Part shown: piece by piece, positions 11,847 to 23,596 of the stretch
Layout of the letters: each line of letters begins with the position of its first letter
How positions within the stretch are numbered: the stretch's first letter is position 1
The notes under the pieces: generated by a model
Seen by the model: only the letters and a program-made list of their open reading frames with translations
The model's database searches: none
Told to the model about the DNA's origin: nothing
DNA from: Patellaria atrata CBS 101060
Taxonomy: Eukaryota
DNA: 64,000 bases
Direction of reading: 5' to 3'
NCBI GenBank assembly: GCA_010093705.1
Contig: MU006099.1
Span: forward strand, 682,001 to 746,000
Translations under genes and position numbers: made by a program

Positions 11847-13008
11847 CTATAGTTCGTCCATGTTACCGGCAGGTTCCTCGTCGTCACCGCTCTCATAACT
11901 GCCAACAGAGCTCATTTCGTCGTCGACTTCGCTGTCGTCCGAAGCTTCTTCAACTGCTTCTTTCGAGGCGTATTTGAGGACGTACTCTGTGGAACACATT
12001 GACAATGAGTCCCATATTTCCGAGCGATTTAGGCATACTCTTTGTGTAATAGGGGACTACGGACAAAGGATTGGGAGATGTGAGGAACGACTTACCTTTG
12101 ACTTTAATATCATAGCTCTTACTATCCCTCATCAATAGCGCAGCAGCTTCACCGTTCAAAGGATCAGTAGGATTCGGATACCGTAGCAGCTGTGGTAGGA
12201 AAACCTCGAAGATGTTGATGAGGGCATACATAGGAGACCATGTCTGATTGATCACGTCCAAGCAAACCGACCCGGAACTGAAATGGTGTGAGTCAATGAT
12301 GCAAATCATCACAGGGTATAGCATGGAACATGTGATAATGTTCAGTATAGGGAAAAGGTTGCGTGAGCGGGAATACTGACAGTTCATCGATGTTGGGGTG
12401 GAAAATGCGGTTTACGAAACCAATACTCGGGCTCTTGTAGGGATATTGATCGGGAAGCTCTACGTGAATTTTCCATAGACCGCCAGAAAAGGGGGCTATA
12501 CAGTAAGTTCAGGCTTACAACATGGAGACATTATGGCGGGGAACACGTACTCTCCTCGGGACCCTTGAAGCGAACATAGAATTCTTGCCTAAAATATATT
12601 AGATATCAGGTCGGGACATTGTTATATCACAAAATTGGGAGAAATAGACGAACACTATACTGTGTCAATAAATGGGTACCATGGTGGTTGATCTAACACG
12701 AGCTTACTATTATCATTCACAAGTGTAACTTCATAATCACTCATCAACCTAACATTCGCGAGTTATCAGTATCCATTTGAAACTTAGAACTTTTCTTGCC
12801 GCAATATGACGCATGAGGGCGAGTGTGCATACATCCTGTGCTCTTGTCAGCAATGGTCCTTGCGTTGTCTGGACCAACAAAGCTTACTTCATGACCTAAA
12901 CGCACAGCAAAACGCATCCCGTCAGCTTAGAGTCCAGAGGCAAATATCCAAACAGAAGAATAGTGCGCGACCTACATCCGTCTCAATTCTGCGCTTGGGA
13001 CTACTCAT
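11847..13008 (-). CDS. UBC8: Ubiquitin-conjugating enzyme E2, Ubc8/UBE2H type, with several micro-exons
   Basis: Spliced reading: [97 protein letters not shown]...[12 protein letters not shown], then an acidic tail ending MDEL*. The HPN motif and catalytic Cys are present. The 5' exons are 13008-12976, 12895-12888, 12835-12833, 12748-12708, 12654 and 12588-12551. Confidence 0.95.
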
Positions 13009-13517
13009 GGTGACGGCTTAAGCTAAAACAGTGCCGCGACGAGGACGTATGATGAGGTGATAAGGTGCGTTCGGGCGAGGAGAGGTTGAAGGACGAGGTA
13101 GCGGACGCTGGTGGAAAAAGGGTTGTAGAAAGAGTGTCTTGATAGGTAGATAGCTATGTGAAACGGACTTCTACTCCGAATCCGGGCTTTGTTGCGGGGA
13201 CGAGGTCGAAAGCTATGGGTAAGAGTAATAATCAGTTATGATGGGTCTTTGTATGCTGTTGTTCTCAGTGTGAGAGCCGTGGGTGTGTTTGGTAACAAGT
13301 TGTAAAAGTGTTGTGAGTTGTAGGAAAGAAGAGGTAGAGGAAAGAAGGAGTGGTGGTGGTTATGTGCTCGCGGAATATGTACGTTAGGTACAAAGTCATG
13401 GATATGGGATCCAGGTCACGCAAGTCCCGCCCCGTCACCGTTCTTGGTCATGCATTATTTGCATTTGGCGGGGAAATTGGATAAGGGCCTGAATGGGAAT
13501 AGTTGAGGTCTTTATCA

Positions 13518-13590
13518 TCACGTGCAGCGGCTGTAGCCGGTTGATTTTAAAGAATCAAAGAAAAGGGATTAGAGGGAGATCAGCACGTGA
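13518..13590. promoter_or_regulatory. Two TCACGTG E-box elements in the divergent UBC8/ECM31 promoter
   Basis: ATCACGTG at 13517-13524 and CACGTGA at 13584-13590 match a bHLH (Cbf1-type) consensus. Function is inferred only. Confidence 0.4.
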
Positions 13591-13945
13591 TCGGCTTCGG
13601 CAATCGGCGTTAGAAGGTTCCTCGGCAAGTCAAACCGGCCAGAACCGCGTCCACTTGCTTCCGTAATTTTTGCAACCAATCATATCTCACACATCATTGC
13701 CCTTTGACCGAGGCAATTTTGGTTAGCTGCCAAGGCCGTAGAAACTGCCCGCAACACCACAAAAGTGCTCCCTGTTCTCTATCTTGCGCTGTAGAAAACA
13801 TCATGAACCAAACAATAAAAACGCTACTCACCGCACCGCCCCAACAAAATGGGCCCCTCTCATCCATTCTCACTCCCGGTCGCGAACTCTTCGCAAACTC
13901 GAATCTCGCAAAATTTTCAATACTTTCCAACTTTTGCGCCTTAAC

Positions 13946-15029
13946 ATGACTGCCGTAATGTCGCGGGCTGCAGTTCGTTCACTGTCATCTATACCACGCC
14001 AGACGTCCTTATTGTCATCGCATACAGTTGGAAGGTTCTTGCTTTCCCCAATAAACCAGAGCAGACATTCGTCGCATTCTCCCCTGGGTACGCCAGCTCC
14101 GCAGAGGAAGAAAGTCACGATCAATATCCTTCAGTCTATGTATCGCAAGAAGGAACCTATCACTATGATAACGGCCCACGATTTTCCAAGCGCCCATGTT
14201 GCAGACCATGCCGGAATGGACATAATACTTGTTGGAGATAGCCTGGCCATGGTAGCTCTGGGTATGGAGGACACCAGTGAGGTAATAATGGAAGAGATGT
14301 TATTACATTGTCGGTCTGTTGCAAGAGCTACCAAATCTGCCTTCATTGTATGTCTTTACGCTGTGACTACGTCGTCCTACTCTGAACTTAACTCACTTCC
14401 CACTGCAGATCGGTGACCTCCCCATGGGTACCTACGAGATCTCTCCCGAGCAAGCACTCGACTCCGCTATCCGCTTCATTAAAGAAGGCCGCGTCCACGC
14501 CGTCAAGTTGGAAGGTGGTATCGAGATGGCCCCGACAATCGCGAAGATAACCCGTGCTGGCATTCCTGTCCTTGCTCACGTCGGCCTGACCCCCCAACGG
14601 CAAAATAGTCTTGGCGGCTTCCGTGTTCAGGGCAAGTCGACCGCCTCCGCTGTGAGAGTGTTGGAAGATGCTCTTGCTGTCCAGGAAGCCGGCGCCTTCG
14701 CTACTGTAGTAGAAGCCGTGCCTGCAGAGGTTGCGTCTCTAGTCACGAAGAAGCTGAGCATTCCTACAATTGGTATTGGCGCTGGTAATGGCTGTTCCGG
14801 ACAAGTCCTCGTACAAGTTGACATGTCCGGAAATTTCCCACCTGGGAGATTCTTGCCAAAGTTCGTCAAACAATATGGCAACGTCTGGGCCGAGAGCATG
14901 AGGGCTATCACGGCGTACAAGGAAGATGTTAAGTCTAGGGCGTACCCTGCACCGGAACATACATATCCTATGTCTAAAGAGGAGTTTGTAGAGTTTGAAC
15001 GTTTCGTTGAGTGTAATGCTCCTGCGTGA
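13946..15029 (+). CDS. ECM31: 3-methyl-2-oxobutanoate hydroxymethyltransferase (ketopantoate hydroxymethyltransferase), probably mitochondrial; intron 14348-14408
   Basis: PanB motifs ITMITAHD, ILVGDSLAMVALG, GDLPMGTYE, AVKLEGG, HVGLTPQ and PTIGIGAG. The N-terminus is Arg/Ser-rich like a presequence. Confidence 0.95.
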
Positions 15030-15341
15030 TGTTTTCGTCTGGGTGGTTATGCATTGTTGCATTATGTTGGTGATCTGTTGTTTGTTCATATACCCCGTCA
15101 TTTGTTTTCCCTTTGCAATGGTCGTTGGTGGTATATTTTCTTTGATTAAGGAACGCATGGCCAGGGAGTTCGGATTAGAATAGGTTAGACTCTAGATCGT
15201 CATTAGCATTACCGTTCTCGTCACAATATATCATTGATATTCATAACAACCCACATCCGCTCTTCATACAATATCCTTCACATTTCACCGGTTGTTTACT
15301 CTTGTAGTGCCACTAATATACCAAAATAATCCCCAAACTGC

Positions 15342-16122
15342 TCACCCAAACGACGGCGTGACCGAGTATCCTACTACCAACTCATCTTTCGTCTTAAAGC
15401 ACTAAACTTCGTCAGCATCAACCCTTTTGTCTGACCATCACCTCCTTCCCGTCTCGAAAATTCCCACCCATCTCCATCGAATTCCATTAAGGCTGAATCT
15501 CTCCCGACTCACATCCATGAAAACGCAAAAAAAAAAAAGAACTCTCCCCTCAACTCACCTTCCATAAATTCCCTACACCTTCATCTAGCGCAGGTGCAAA
15601 CACACTGCTCACGTAACAAAACACGCTCTCCCGTTCGGCAAGTCCTAGTTTCTTACGCAGGAACCGAACCACGGTCTCAAAGCGCTGATGCGCTGAGACT
15701 TTGAAAACGCGTTGTCGTAAATGGGGCGCGGAGCCTACTGGCTGGAAACGAATAGTCACTGTGATGTGGTAAGTATATCGGGCCGAGAATTGAAGTCAAA
15801 AGAGAGGAAGAAGAGAAATATTCTAGTCAGGCTTTATTACGAAGCGAGATAAGGTAAAGGATATTGCAAAAGGGTACTTCAAGTTAGAAAGAGATGAGCC
15901 TTAAGGTTATGGTAATAGACGTCACAAACCTTTCTCAACTCCCACATCCCCCGCCTTCTCCAGCGCTGCTGCCGCATCTCTCGGCAGCGCTGTTAAGGTG
16001 ACAGATGCGGCGAGCGTGAGCGGTGCATCAGTCGTGTCGTCCGAGTCTGGGATGGGCGTTGCGGTGGACTCTGCGGTCGAGGGTGAGGGTTGGCGGGGAG
16101 GGGATGGGAATGGGGAGGCCAT
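15342..16122 (-). CDS. ATG12: Ubiquitin-like autophagy protein Atg12; exons 16122-15930, 15758-15559, 15401-15342
   Basis: [39 protein letters not shown]...[40 protein letters not shown], ending in the C-terminal Gly. Confidence 0.95.
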
Positions 16123-16406
16123 AGTTTGGATTTGATGTGGTGGGTTATTGGGAGAAGCTGTGGAGAGGATGTTCTATTCCCTCTTTTATTAGGAAGAAAC
16201 AACTTTTGGTCAAGGTTGAGGATGTTTCCATATTTGTTTGGAGGGGTCGATGGGAGCAGTTGCCATGGTGGGGTTTCGTGTTTCATAAGGCTGAAACTGT
16301 ATTTGGACCTCGACGAGATGAGATGGTAGGGTAGATGCTTTCTCACAATCCTTGGAACAAGGGATAGCTAACTAGAGAAGGAGACTGTAAATCACTTTTA
16401 TTCTTG

Positions 16407-16414
16407 TGACGTCA
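16407..16414. promoter_or_regulatory. Perfect CRE palindrome TGACGTCA about 285 bp upstream of ATG12
   Basis: Exact ATF/CREB bZIP consensus seen in the sequence. Function is inferred. Confidence 0.35.
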
Positions 16415-16922
16415 TCGTGAATCATAATCTAGATATTTTACTTTTCTTTCATCTGATATTTGAAAATGCTAATAAGAATACGGTCCTGCTAATTTGAACT
16501 CTAAGATGAGGGCTATCAGAAACATCAAAAGATGCCTGTCCTGTGCTCATCAATCGCCCCCCAAAATGATATGTTTAACACCTACGAGGACACAAGCTCC
16601 CAAAACGTCCATAGTATATACAAGGAAAAGCTACCGTCCCGCCATAATCATAACCATCAGCCATGTACAACAAAACATGCTCAGATGAGCCATGCAAGCG
16701 CGCCAGTTAAATGCTAAGTAATTAGACAGCTGCTGAAATGCAGTGCTAGGGTATTCGCGGCCATAGGCGGGAATGCCATTGAAGAAGAGAAGAAGATGCG
16801 GAAAGGAGTTGAAAATGGTGAGGAAAAGGGGTAGTCTGTGTCATTCACCTTAACGGTGATATAAATGACTGATTGATTTTTAGCCTACCATACCAGCTTA
16901 TATAAGCTTTAAGTGACGGAAG

Positions 16923-19083
16923 TCAACGAACTTCCTTAAGAGGGCGGTCAAGTTGACACAACAACTCATCCAGCTCTGCCCAGTTTTGAGGCGTTAAGGC
17001 AAACTTGCGATGCTTGCGAGAGACGACATGCTATGAATCTGTTAGAGAAGCACTATGTGAGAGTTGGAGTTAGATTAACAAACCTCATCGAAATCATTGA
17101 ATTTCTCCCTGCAATTCTCGCAATAGCCGGGTTTTGATTCCTTCTCCGCGGCCTTCTTCTTCTTGAGAAGCAAAGCCCTCCTACGAGCGTTCTCCTCGTC
17201 CTCCTCTGGTGACACCTCTTCACGAATATGGGCAAGATTGTCCTGACCTTTGCGTCTGGCAACTCTAGGTGCCACGACATGTTCATTATTTATGGCATTT
17301 CTCAAGTCGTTCATGTAAGATGAGGGAATGCTGTTATTCGAGGGGACACTGTTCTTCTCCAGGACCTTCCTCTTCAACTGGTGAACTTCTTTACTCGTAC
17401 CTGCTTTGGCACCCGGAGCAGCAGCGGTTGAAGAAATCATCTGAGATTTTATGGCTGAAGTGATGTTTGATGGCTGTACACCAGAAGCTACTGGCTCACC
17501 CATTGCAAATCTAGGGATTGGACGCCTGGTCGCTTGTGAACTATCGAAGAGGTTGGGTATACTGTCTGGGTTCGTTCTCTTCGCAGGAATAATCTTGGGA
17601 GGGTCCAATGGCTTTGAAATACAGATGCCTAGGCTTTCAGCAGTCTGGGGTCTTCTAGCGACATTGTTGTTTTCGGCTAGGACTCTTTTTCCTGAAACAT
17701 TGACTGGAACATGTTGTTGTGATGCTTCCATTGCTGCTGCTGCTGCAGCGGCACGCGTCCGTGGTGGGGCCGTTTGGCCCCTTTCTCTTTGCGCGAATCG
17801 TTCTTTTTGTAGCTCCTGCTGTTGTTGGTAGCGTTTTAATGCAGCTGGATCATCAACAAAAGGGCATCTGCCGGGTGCTGAGTATTTGAACTGCGGCCAT
17901 TTACCGTCTTCCTTCGATGTCTGAGCATACTCTCTTACCATGACCGGGCGTGTTTGTTCGTCCATGTCATGAATATAAACATAGAATCCTCGAAATTGGA
18001 CCATTTCCTTTGTCGCAACCGCGAGATCACGGTCGGAAGGACCATGCATCTTTTCATTTTGTAAAAGCTGGGAGAGGTCGGCATCTCGTCCACCCTTCGT
18101 GGGAATAGCCACCACGGCATGGCTTCGTGTGTTGTGAAGATGCCTAGGTTGTTCCCCAGTTTCCGTATTAAACATTGTATTCATCATACGTTGAACCTTC
18201 TCCAACGTCCAAATCTTCATACCCATCTCCCTCGCCTTGTGTAGGATATCTGCATTACTATTTTGGTGTCTACGCAAGTCTACATCCGCTAGGACTTGGG
18301 TCTTCCTCTGCATCGGTGGTTCCAAAGCAAAGCGTGCTTTTGGTTGAAGAGTCTGTTGTTGAGCGGCATCAGTGGAGCGTTCCAGAAGCGATGGGTTAAT
18401 TGTTCTGATCGGTACATTGGTCTCATGCTGTTTGGTGGAAATAGGAGCTTGTTGAGTCTCCGTTGCGGTCGTGATCTCATTTTCTGCAGGAATTTGTCTG
18501 GTGGTGACGACATGAGTAACGCTCTTGGAGAAGAACTTCTCTTCGCACTGGAAAGAAGTTGTTAGGACACTATATCTGCTTAATATTGAGGTCGTGTAAA
18601 ACTACTTACCGCGCCCAGCATCTGAACCTGACGAGAAACCTTGACACGAACATCTTCGGGTGTATGCTCGAAATAAAACACAAATGTGGGGAAGACTTTA
18701 CGATAATGCCTTTGCCATTGTCGTATAGTTTCCAGATTCTCAGCAGTCGCCTTCTGTGACCGATCTACCGTCTTCTTCGTGTCTCTTGCAGCCTCGAGCT
18801 TCCTCTGAAAGGCATTTGGAGGGTTGAGAGCAGCTTTTCTTAGATTGAGTCCACGACGTGCTTCGGCATCATCAACCTCAACCATCTGTCTCTTAGCTGG
18901 CGGCGGTTGGCCATAACTAAGGTCCCGTAGATCGCTCGCGTGTGACCGTGCTCGTTTCGTAGCGGCTGTTGCAACGGCTCGTAATGGCGAGTTCGCTGCA
19001 TTTGGGTTATTCGCCAGTGGCACCCTTCGATTCGTCATGGTGTGTGGGAACTGAGGTGAGGGAGGAATAGAGACTGCTGCCAT
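16923..19083 (-). CDS. DBF4: Cdc7 kinase regulatory subunit Dbf4/Dfp1/NimO; introns 18609-18548 and 17083-17031
   Basis: BRCT-like motif N (WQRHYRKVFPTFVFYF...EEKKFFSKSVTHVV...MKIWTLEK), motif M (YVYIHDMDEQTRPVMVREY...WPQF) and a DBF zinc finger (PGYCENCREKFNDFDEHVVSRKHRKFA). Confidence 0.93.
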
Positions 19084-19556
19084 AGATCAAGAAATAAGAG
19101 CAGAGCTTGCCTGCTATATAAGGGAGCGGGGGTTCACGCAGCCAGTACGCGACTTGCAACACGTGCAAGCTGTACTACTAGAGGGTTGAGAACATCATAA
19201 ACGCTCTCAAAAAGCAATTGAGGTGAAGAAGAGCATGACTCCAGATTGGTCAGGGGAAAGACAGTTGATGGTGAATTATGTTGGTAAGTAGAGGTTGAGG
19301 ATTGTGTATATCCATGGTATGTTATGCGTCTGTGCGTAGGTCGCGCTAGGGAAGGAAGAGAATCCCGTGCTTTCCATGGCAACATACTTTGCATGCACCA
19401 ACAGAAAACAGAAAACAGACTACATCAGTCCCAGTGACACAAAATCCCGATTTTAATCAAGGATGTGGGAATTTAGAGAATTAATTAGAGATTTACTTTT
19501 GTCGGTGAATGCTTTAAATTTATATCCTCATTTCACGAGATTCGAAGCGCGACTTT

Positions 19557-19562
19557 ACGCGT
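19557..19562. promoter_or_regulatory. MCB element (ACGCGT) upstream of DBF4
   Basis: ttACGCGTt with an adjacent GCGCGA, about 475 bp upstream of the start codon. Yeast DBF4 is a G1/S MBF-regulated gene. Confidence 0.45.
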
Positions 19563-20351
19563 TAACAGCGAACATCTTCAATAGAACAGAGTTGATCGAA
19601 CGATTGTGCAAATCCTTATAACCCCGAATCACTTCAAATAATCATTGAGGGCATATCTACTGCTCTGTCACGACCTCCGTTTCTTGTTAATAAACTATGA
19701 AGTAGGCCATTAAACTCGAACCATCAAAAGACTTCCATGTCGATTCAGTCAAGTCGCAACGGTCGGTCTCCAGCCTTACGTACCCATCTTCTCGACTCTC
19801 CTGTATAATATAGTAAGGGGCTTCTTAAAACATTTGGTGCGCCTTACCTAAGTGAAAATTGATAGCTTATTTTTACAACGAGAAGTCTCCGTAAGATTTG
19901 ACTTTTCCGTACAGTAGCCTCGGAGACAGCTTAACAAATTACCTTATCGTACAGTATTTAGGTACTACCCTAAAGGGAAGGGATAGTCTGCACTATTCCA
20001 ACTGACGGGGCACATTCTATCTAGATCGTGGAAACACTCCACTCGAGCCCAGAAATTAATTCAATGAAATAGACCATAACCATTAGAGTTACCAATGTAT
20101 GCTCTGATTGTGCATCTTTAGTCTACAGTACTTTTTGACCTAGACTTATCAGCTCTATGGGCAGGTCGAAGCATTACACATCTGGTAGCCCTCTTAACGT
20201 AGTATAAGACCGAGGACGGTAGACTGAGATAACTCAATAGATGTAAATAAGGAGGTCGCATATACGTGAAGTAGTGAGAGTTCGGAGAGTAAGCCCCGCG
20301 AAGCTTTTACGTAGAGTGTTATACTTATCCTAATATCACGCGTAGGTGGTC

Positions 20352-21485
20352 TTAGAAAACGATTGCACCACCTTACCAGAATAATGTCAGTAACCTGAAC
20401 AGAAGGCTAACGGGAAGCGGCCATACCGTCAACTACAAGATCAGCACCATTGATAAAGCTGCCTGCTCCTGAGCACAGCAGTATAAGAGGACCTGCAAGC
20501 TCTTGAGGATAACCCATTCGCCCCATAGGATTTCGAGAAGCCCATATATTTCTTGCTCGTTCGAGACCCTGACCTTCATTCAAGACCGTATCCATGTATC
20601 CAGGACTTAGACTGTTCACTCGTATACCGTATCTTGCCCATTCTGCGGCGAGACTTGACTTCATTTGCAGTATAGCTGCCTTCGACGTATTATACGCAAC
20701 TTGTGGCTGAGGAAAATTCACCCTATGTGCGGATATAGCTTTTTCATTGTAAGTTCCTAGCAAGCTGTAAGTGTCTTTTAGACCTTGACGTACATGCAAT
20801 GAAAACTATGGCTCCCCCGTTTCCTTGAGCTATCATTTCTCTGGTATACTGTCAGCATATACGCAAAGTAGAGACAATAGGACCAATAAATTTACTTTGC
20901 TGCAGCTTGGGCACTGAAAAAACTACCGTTGAGATTGATATCGAGCGTTCTTTTCCATTCCGAAGGATGCATTTCTGTTGCATGTGTACAACCTACTACT
21001 CCAGCAAAACAACATAACATATCAATGCTCCCTAACTCTTCCTTTACTGATCTCATAGCAACATTAACATCCTCGGGACTGGTAACGTTGACCCTTCTAG
21101 TCGTGACTCTTGCACTAGGGAAGTCTTCTTGTAATTTAGAAATTGCTTCGCTAGATTGCTCTGGGCGTATATCCAGGAGAGCAAGGCCACTTAATCCATG
21201 CTCAAGCAGAGCGCGTGCATTTTCTAAGGCAAGAGTACCGGCTCCACCAGTGACTTGAAGAGATTACATCAATTTCCCTTTTTGATGTAGGGAGCTTGGG
21301 AACGAATACTCACATGCAGCGTTACCCTCGATGGCGAACCTATATTGTGCTCTTCCCTCCGCGTTTAAGTAGTGAGGAGGTGGAGCGGGTGGTCCGGTCA
21401 TACTTCCCGATGAACCATCGGAAAGTCTCATCTCTGGCAATTGTCGATTGACAAGCGCATCCCGTTCCGAAATATTATCTGGCAT
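20352..21485 (-). CDS. Short-chain dehydrogenase/reductase, polyol (D-arabinitol/sorbose-reductase-like) dehydrogenase type, multi-exon
   Basis: Rossmann motif VTGGAGTLA, LCCFAGVV, catalytic YNTSK in PQPQVAYNTSKAA, IRVNSLSPGYMDT, and the end GADLVVDGGAIVF*. Exact substrate unknown. Confidence 0.88.
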
Positions 21486-23596
21486 CTTAATAATAGCGTA
21501 CGGTATAACGCTACGGTACTGGACAATCGCGCAACGATGAACTTAGGACTCGATTGATGAAAGACCTTCTTTATCACTGTATTTGTTTGATCGAAAGAAG
21601 CTGATAGCTTTGAAGTTTGATTAATATCTTCTCCTACGTTATTAGAAGGAAACGGGCATTGAATGTGGGGAACTACAAGAGACAACAACTCTGGGAAAGC
21701 ACCCGACGTCATCGTCAGCCATCTTCTTTAATAAGTAACGTTTCCGATGGTCTTCCCAACGCTTTGCGGAGAAGACGCTGCTCAAGTTGATATATGTCTA
21801 GACCTGGATTAGGTGGAGTAAGATCCGGAATAGTTCTCGTGAAGAAGAGCTTGAAATTCAATGTTCCCTGCCCTGGAAGTACCTCGTATGTGAAAGATGG
21901 CTAAGTATAAACCAACCTCAAGTCATATCCTAGGGTATCTGGTACATCATCTCCCCTAAGGAAGCTCTGAAGATGCCAGTAATTGACTTATGTGCACCGT
22001 TCTTCTCTAACTTTGACGAGTAAACCCCTTTTCTACACCTTCTATCGGGATGGAGTCCTCAATTTAGGGGTCAAACCACTTAGTTATGAGCCCATCATTT
22101 ATTTCTGATAGAAGATTAACAAAATGTGGTAATGTCGAAAAGTTGATCTATGTCTCACATTGATAGGAGTTCCAGGTTCATGTGTGCTGTTCTGGGACGA
22201 TCTTGGCAGAGCGGCACAGTCGCACATCGAGAATTTTCAGTTCAACTTTCTTCTCACGACATCTCTCGCTTTATCAGACGATATGGATTCCTTTTACTCC
22301 AACGTGACAACGTCGGATGGCAACTTCATATCCATCGCGCTGTTTTATTAGATGCACTCCCTCATATCTCTGAACCTTACATGTGCTAGAGTAAAAATCC
22401 TCTCATCTATTCTCATCCAGGTCAGTCATGAGTTCCCGCTCCTCAACCGCTGAAAACCCAAAATGATGATTTCGCTTTCCTAAATATGTTTCAACCCCAT
22501 ATGATCATCTGTGATTCCTCATAGCGCACGAAATCTGATGTTAAATCTGTATACAATACTCTACTCTTATCCGTCAGTTCATACGTATGCGTACGTCCAG
22601 CTCCACTAACAAACCGCGACGATAGTTTCACTCCAGGAAACGTTTAACCAATGCGTCTTCGCCGTCATGCAAGCTGTTGCTGGTAGACCGGCATCCTGCA
22701 ATGCACGTTACGACTCGTGAGGACTGTGAGATATTCTGTGCCTGTACCTCAAACCCAGTAGGCGGGTTAAAGTGTGACCGAACACTAACGTACAGCAACC
22801 TTCGCGTGAAATGCAGTCAAATTGTCCTCATTAACGATTCATGCTGCGCGGTTTAATCCAACGTCACTGGAGATTAATCTTTAAGACATATTGGCGTTCC
22901 CGCTCCGAGGATGATCAGACATAATCCCCCTACGTTCAGGTTACTGACGGATGTTCCGGATTCGGTTCATGAACCTCGCCGAATTCCTATTTCTACTCCC
23001 CATCTGGATAGCCGCGATAGGGCGCTTACCCTATTTACATTCGCCTATTCCTGCATGTTTGCTTGGTAGGATTCGCATGAATCCTTCGAGTTTGAACGTC
23101 AACTGGGGCCCCCTTTCTTGAAGTCAGTCCACTGCGGTAAAAGGTTTGGTTAACGTCATATTTGTTTCTGCCCACTGGGCGAGTTTCGAGATCACTATTC
23201 CGCGCTAGCTACTCTAAACATACAGTACACTCTAGATACTCAAACATGGGTCCGTTCGTCTTGGGACTCTGTCGAGGTCTTCTCTAACCTCCAATAATGA
23301 AGTCGCAACTGAAAATGCAAATGGTATCATCGTACAAGAATGAGAATTCCTCAACATGAGTTCTTAAGCGCCGCCCAATGCCCCATTCCTTGATAACCAG
23401 AACCGCCCGCTTCATCATAAAAGGCCTCCCTTCAGTTACGCCATCCGACAAATGAAAACGGGCAGCCTGCCTAGATTTTGTACATTGACCCTAGAGATGA
23501 AAGATTGCTTCGCCCTCCCGATATAAGCGAAAGACATAAGAAATACGATTAGTGGTAGTATCCGGCCGTAGTCGAACCGGGGACTTTGATACATGT

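Noticed and set aside
22150..22500. Short ORFs between the SDR and the Moco-sulfurase-like gene as a missing MOSC exon or separate gene
   Set aside because: Wrong strand for a MOSC exon and no recognisable motifs.
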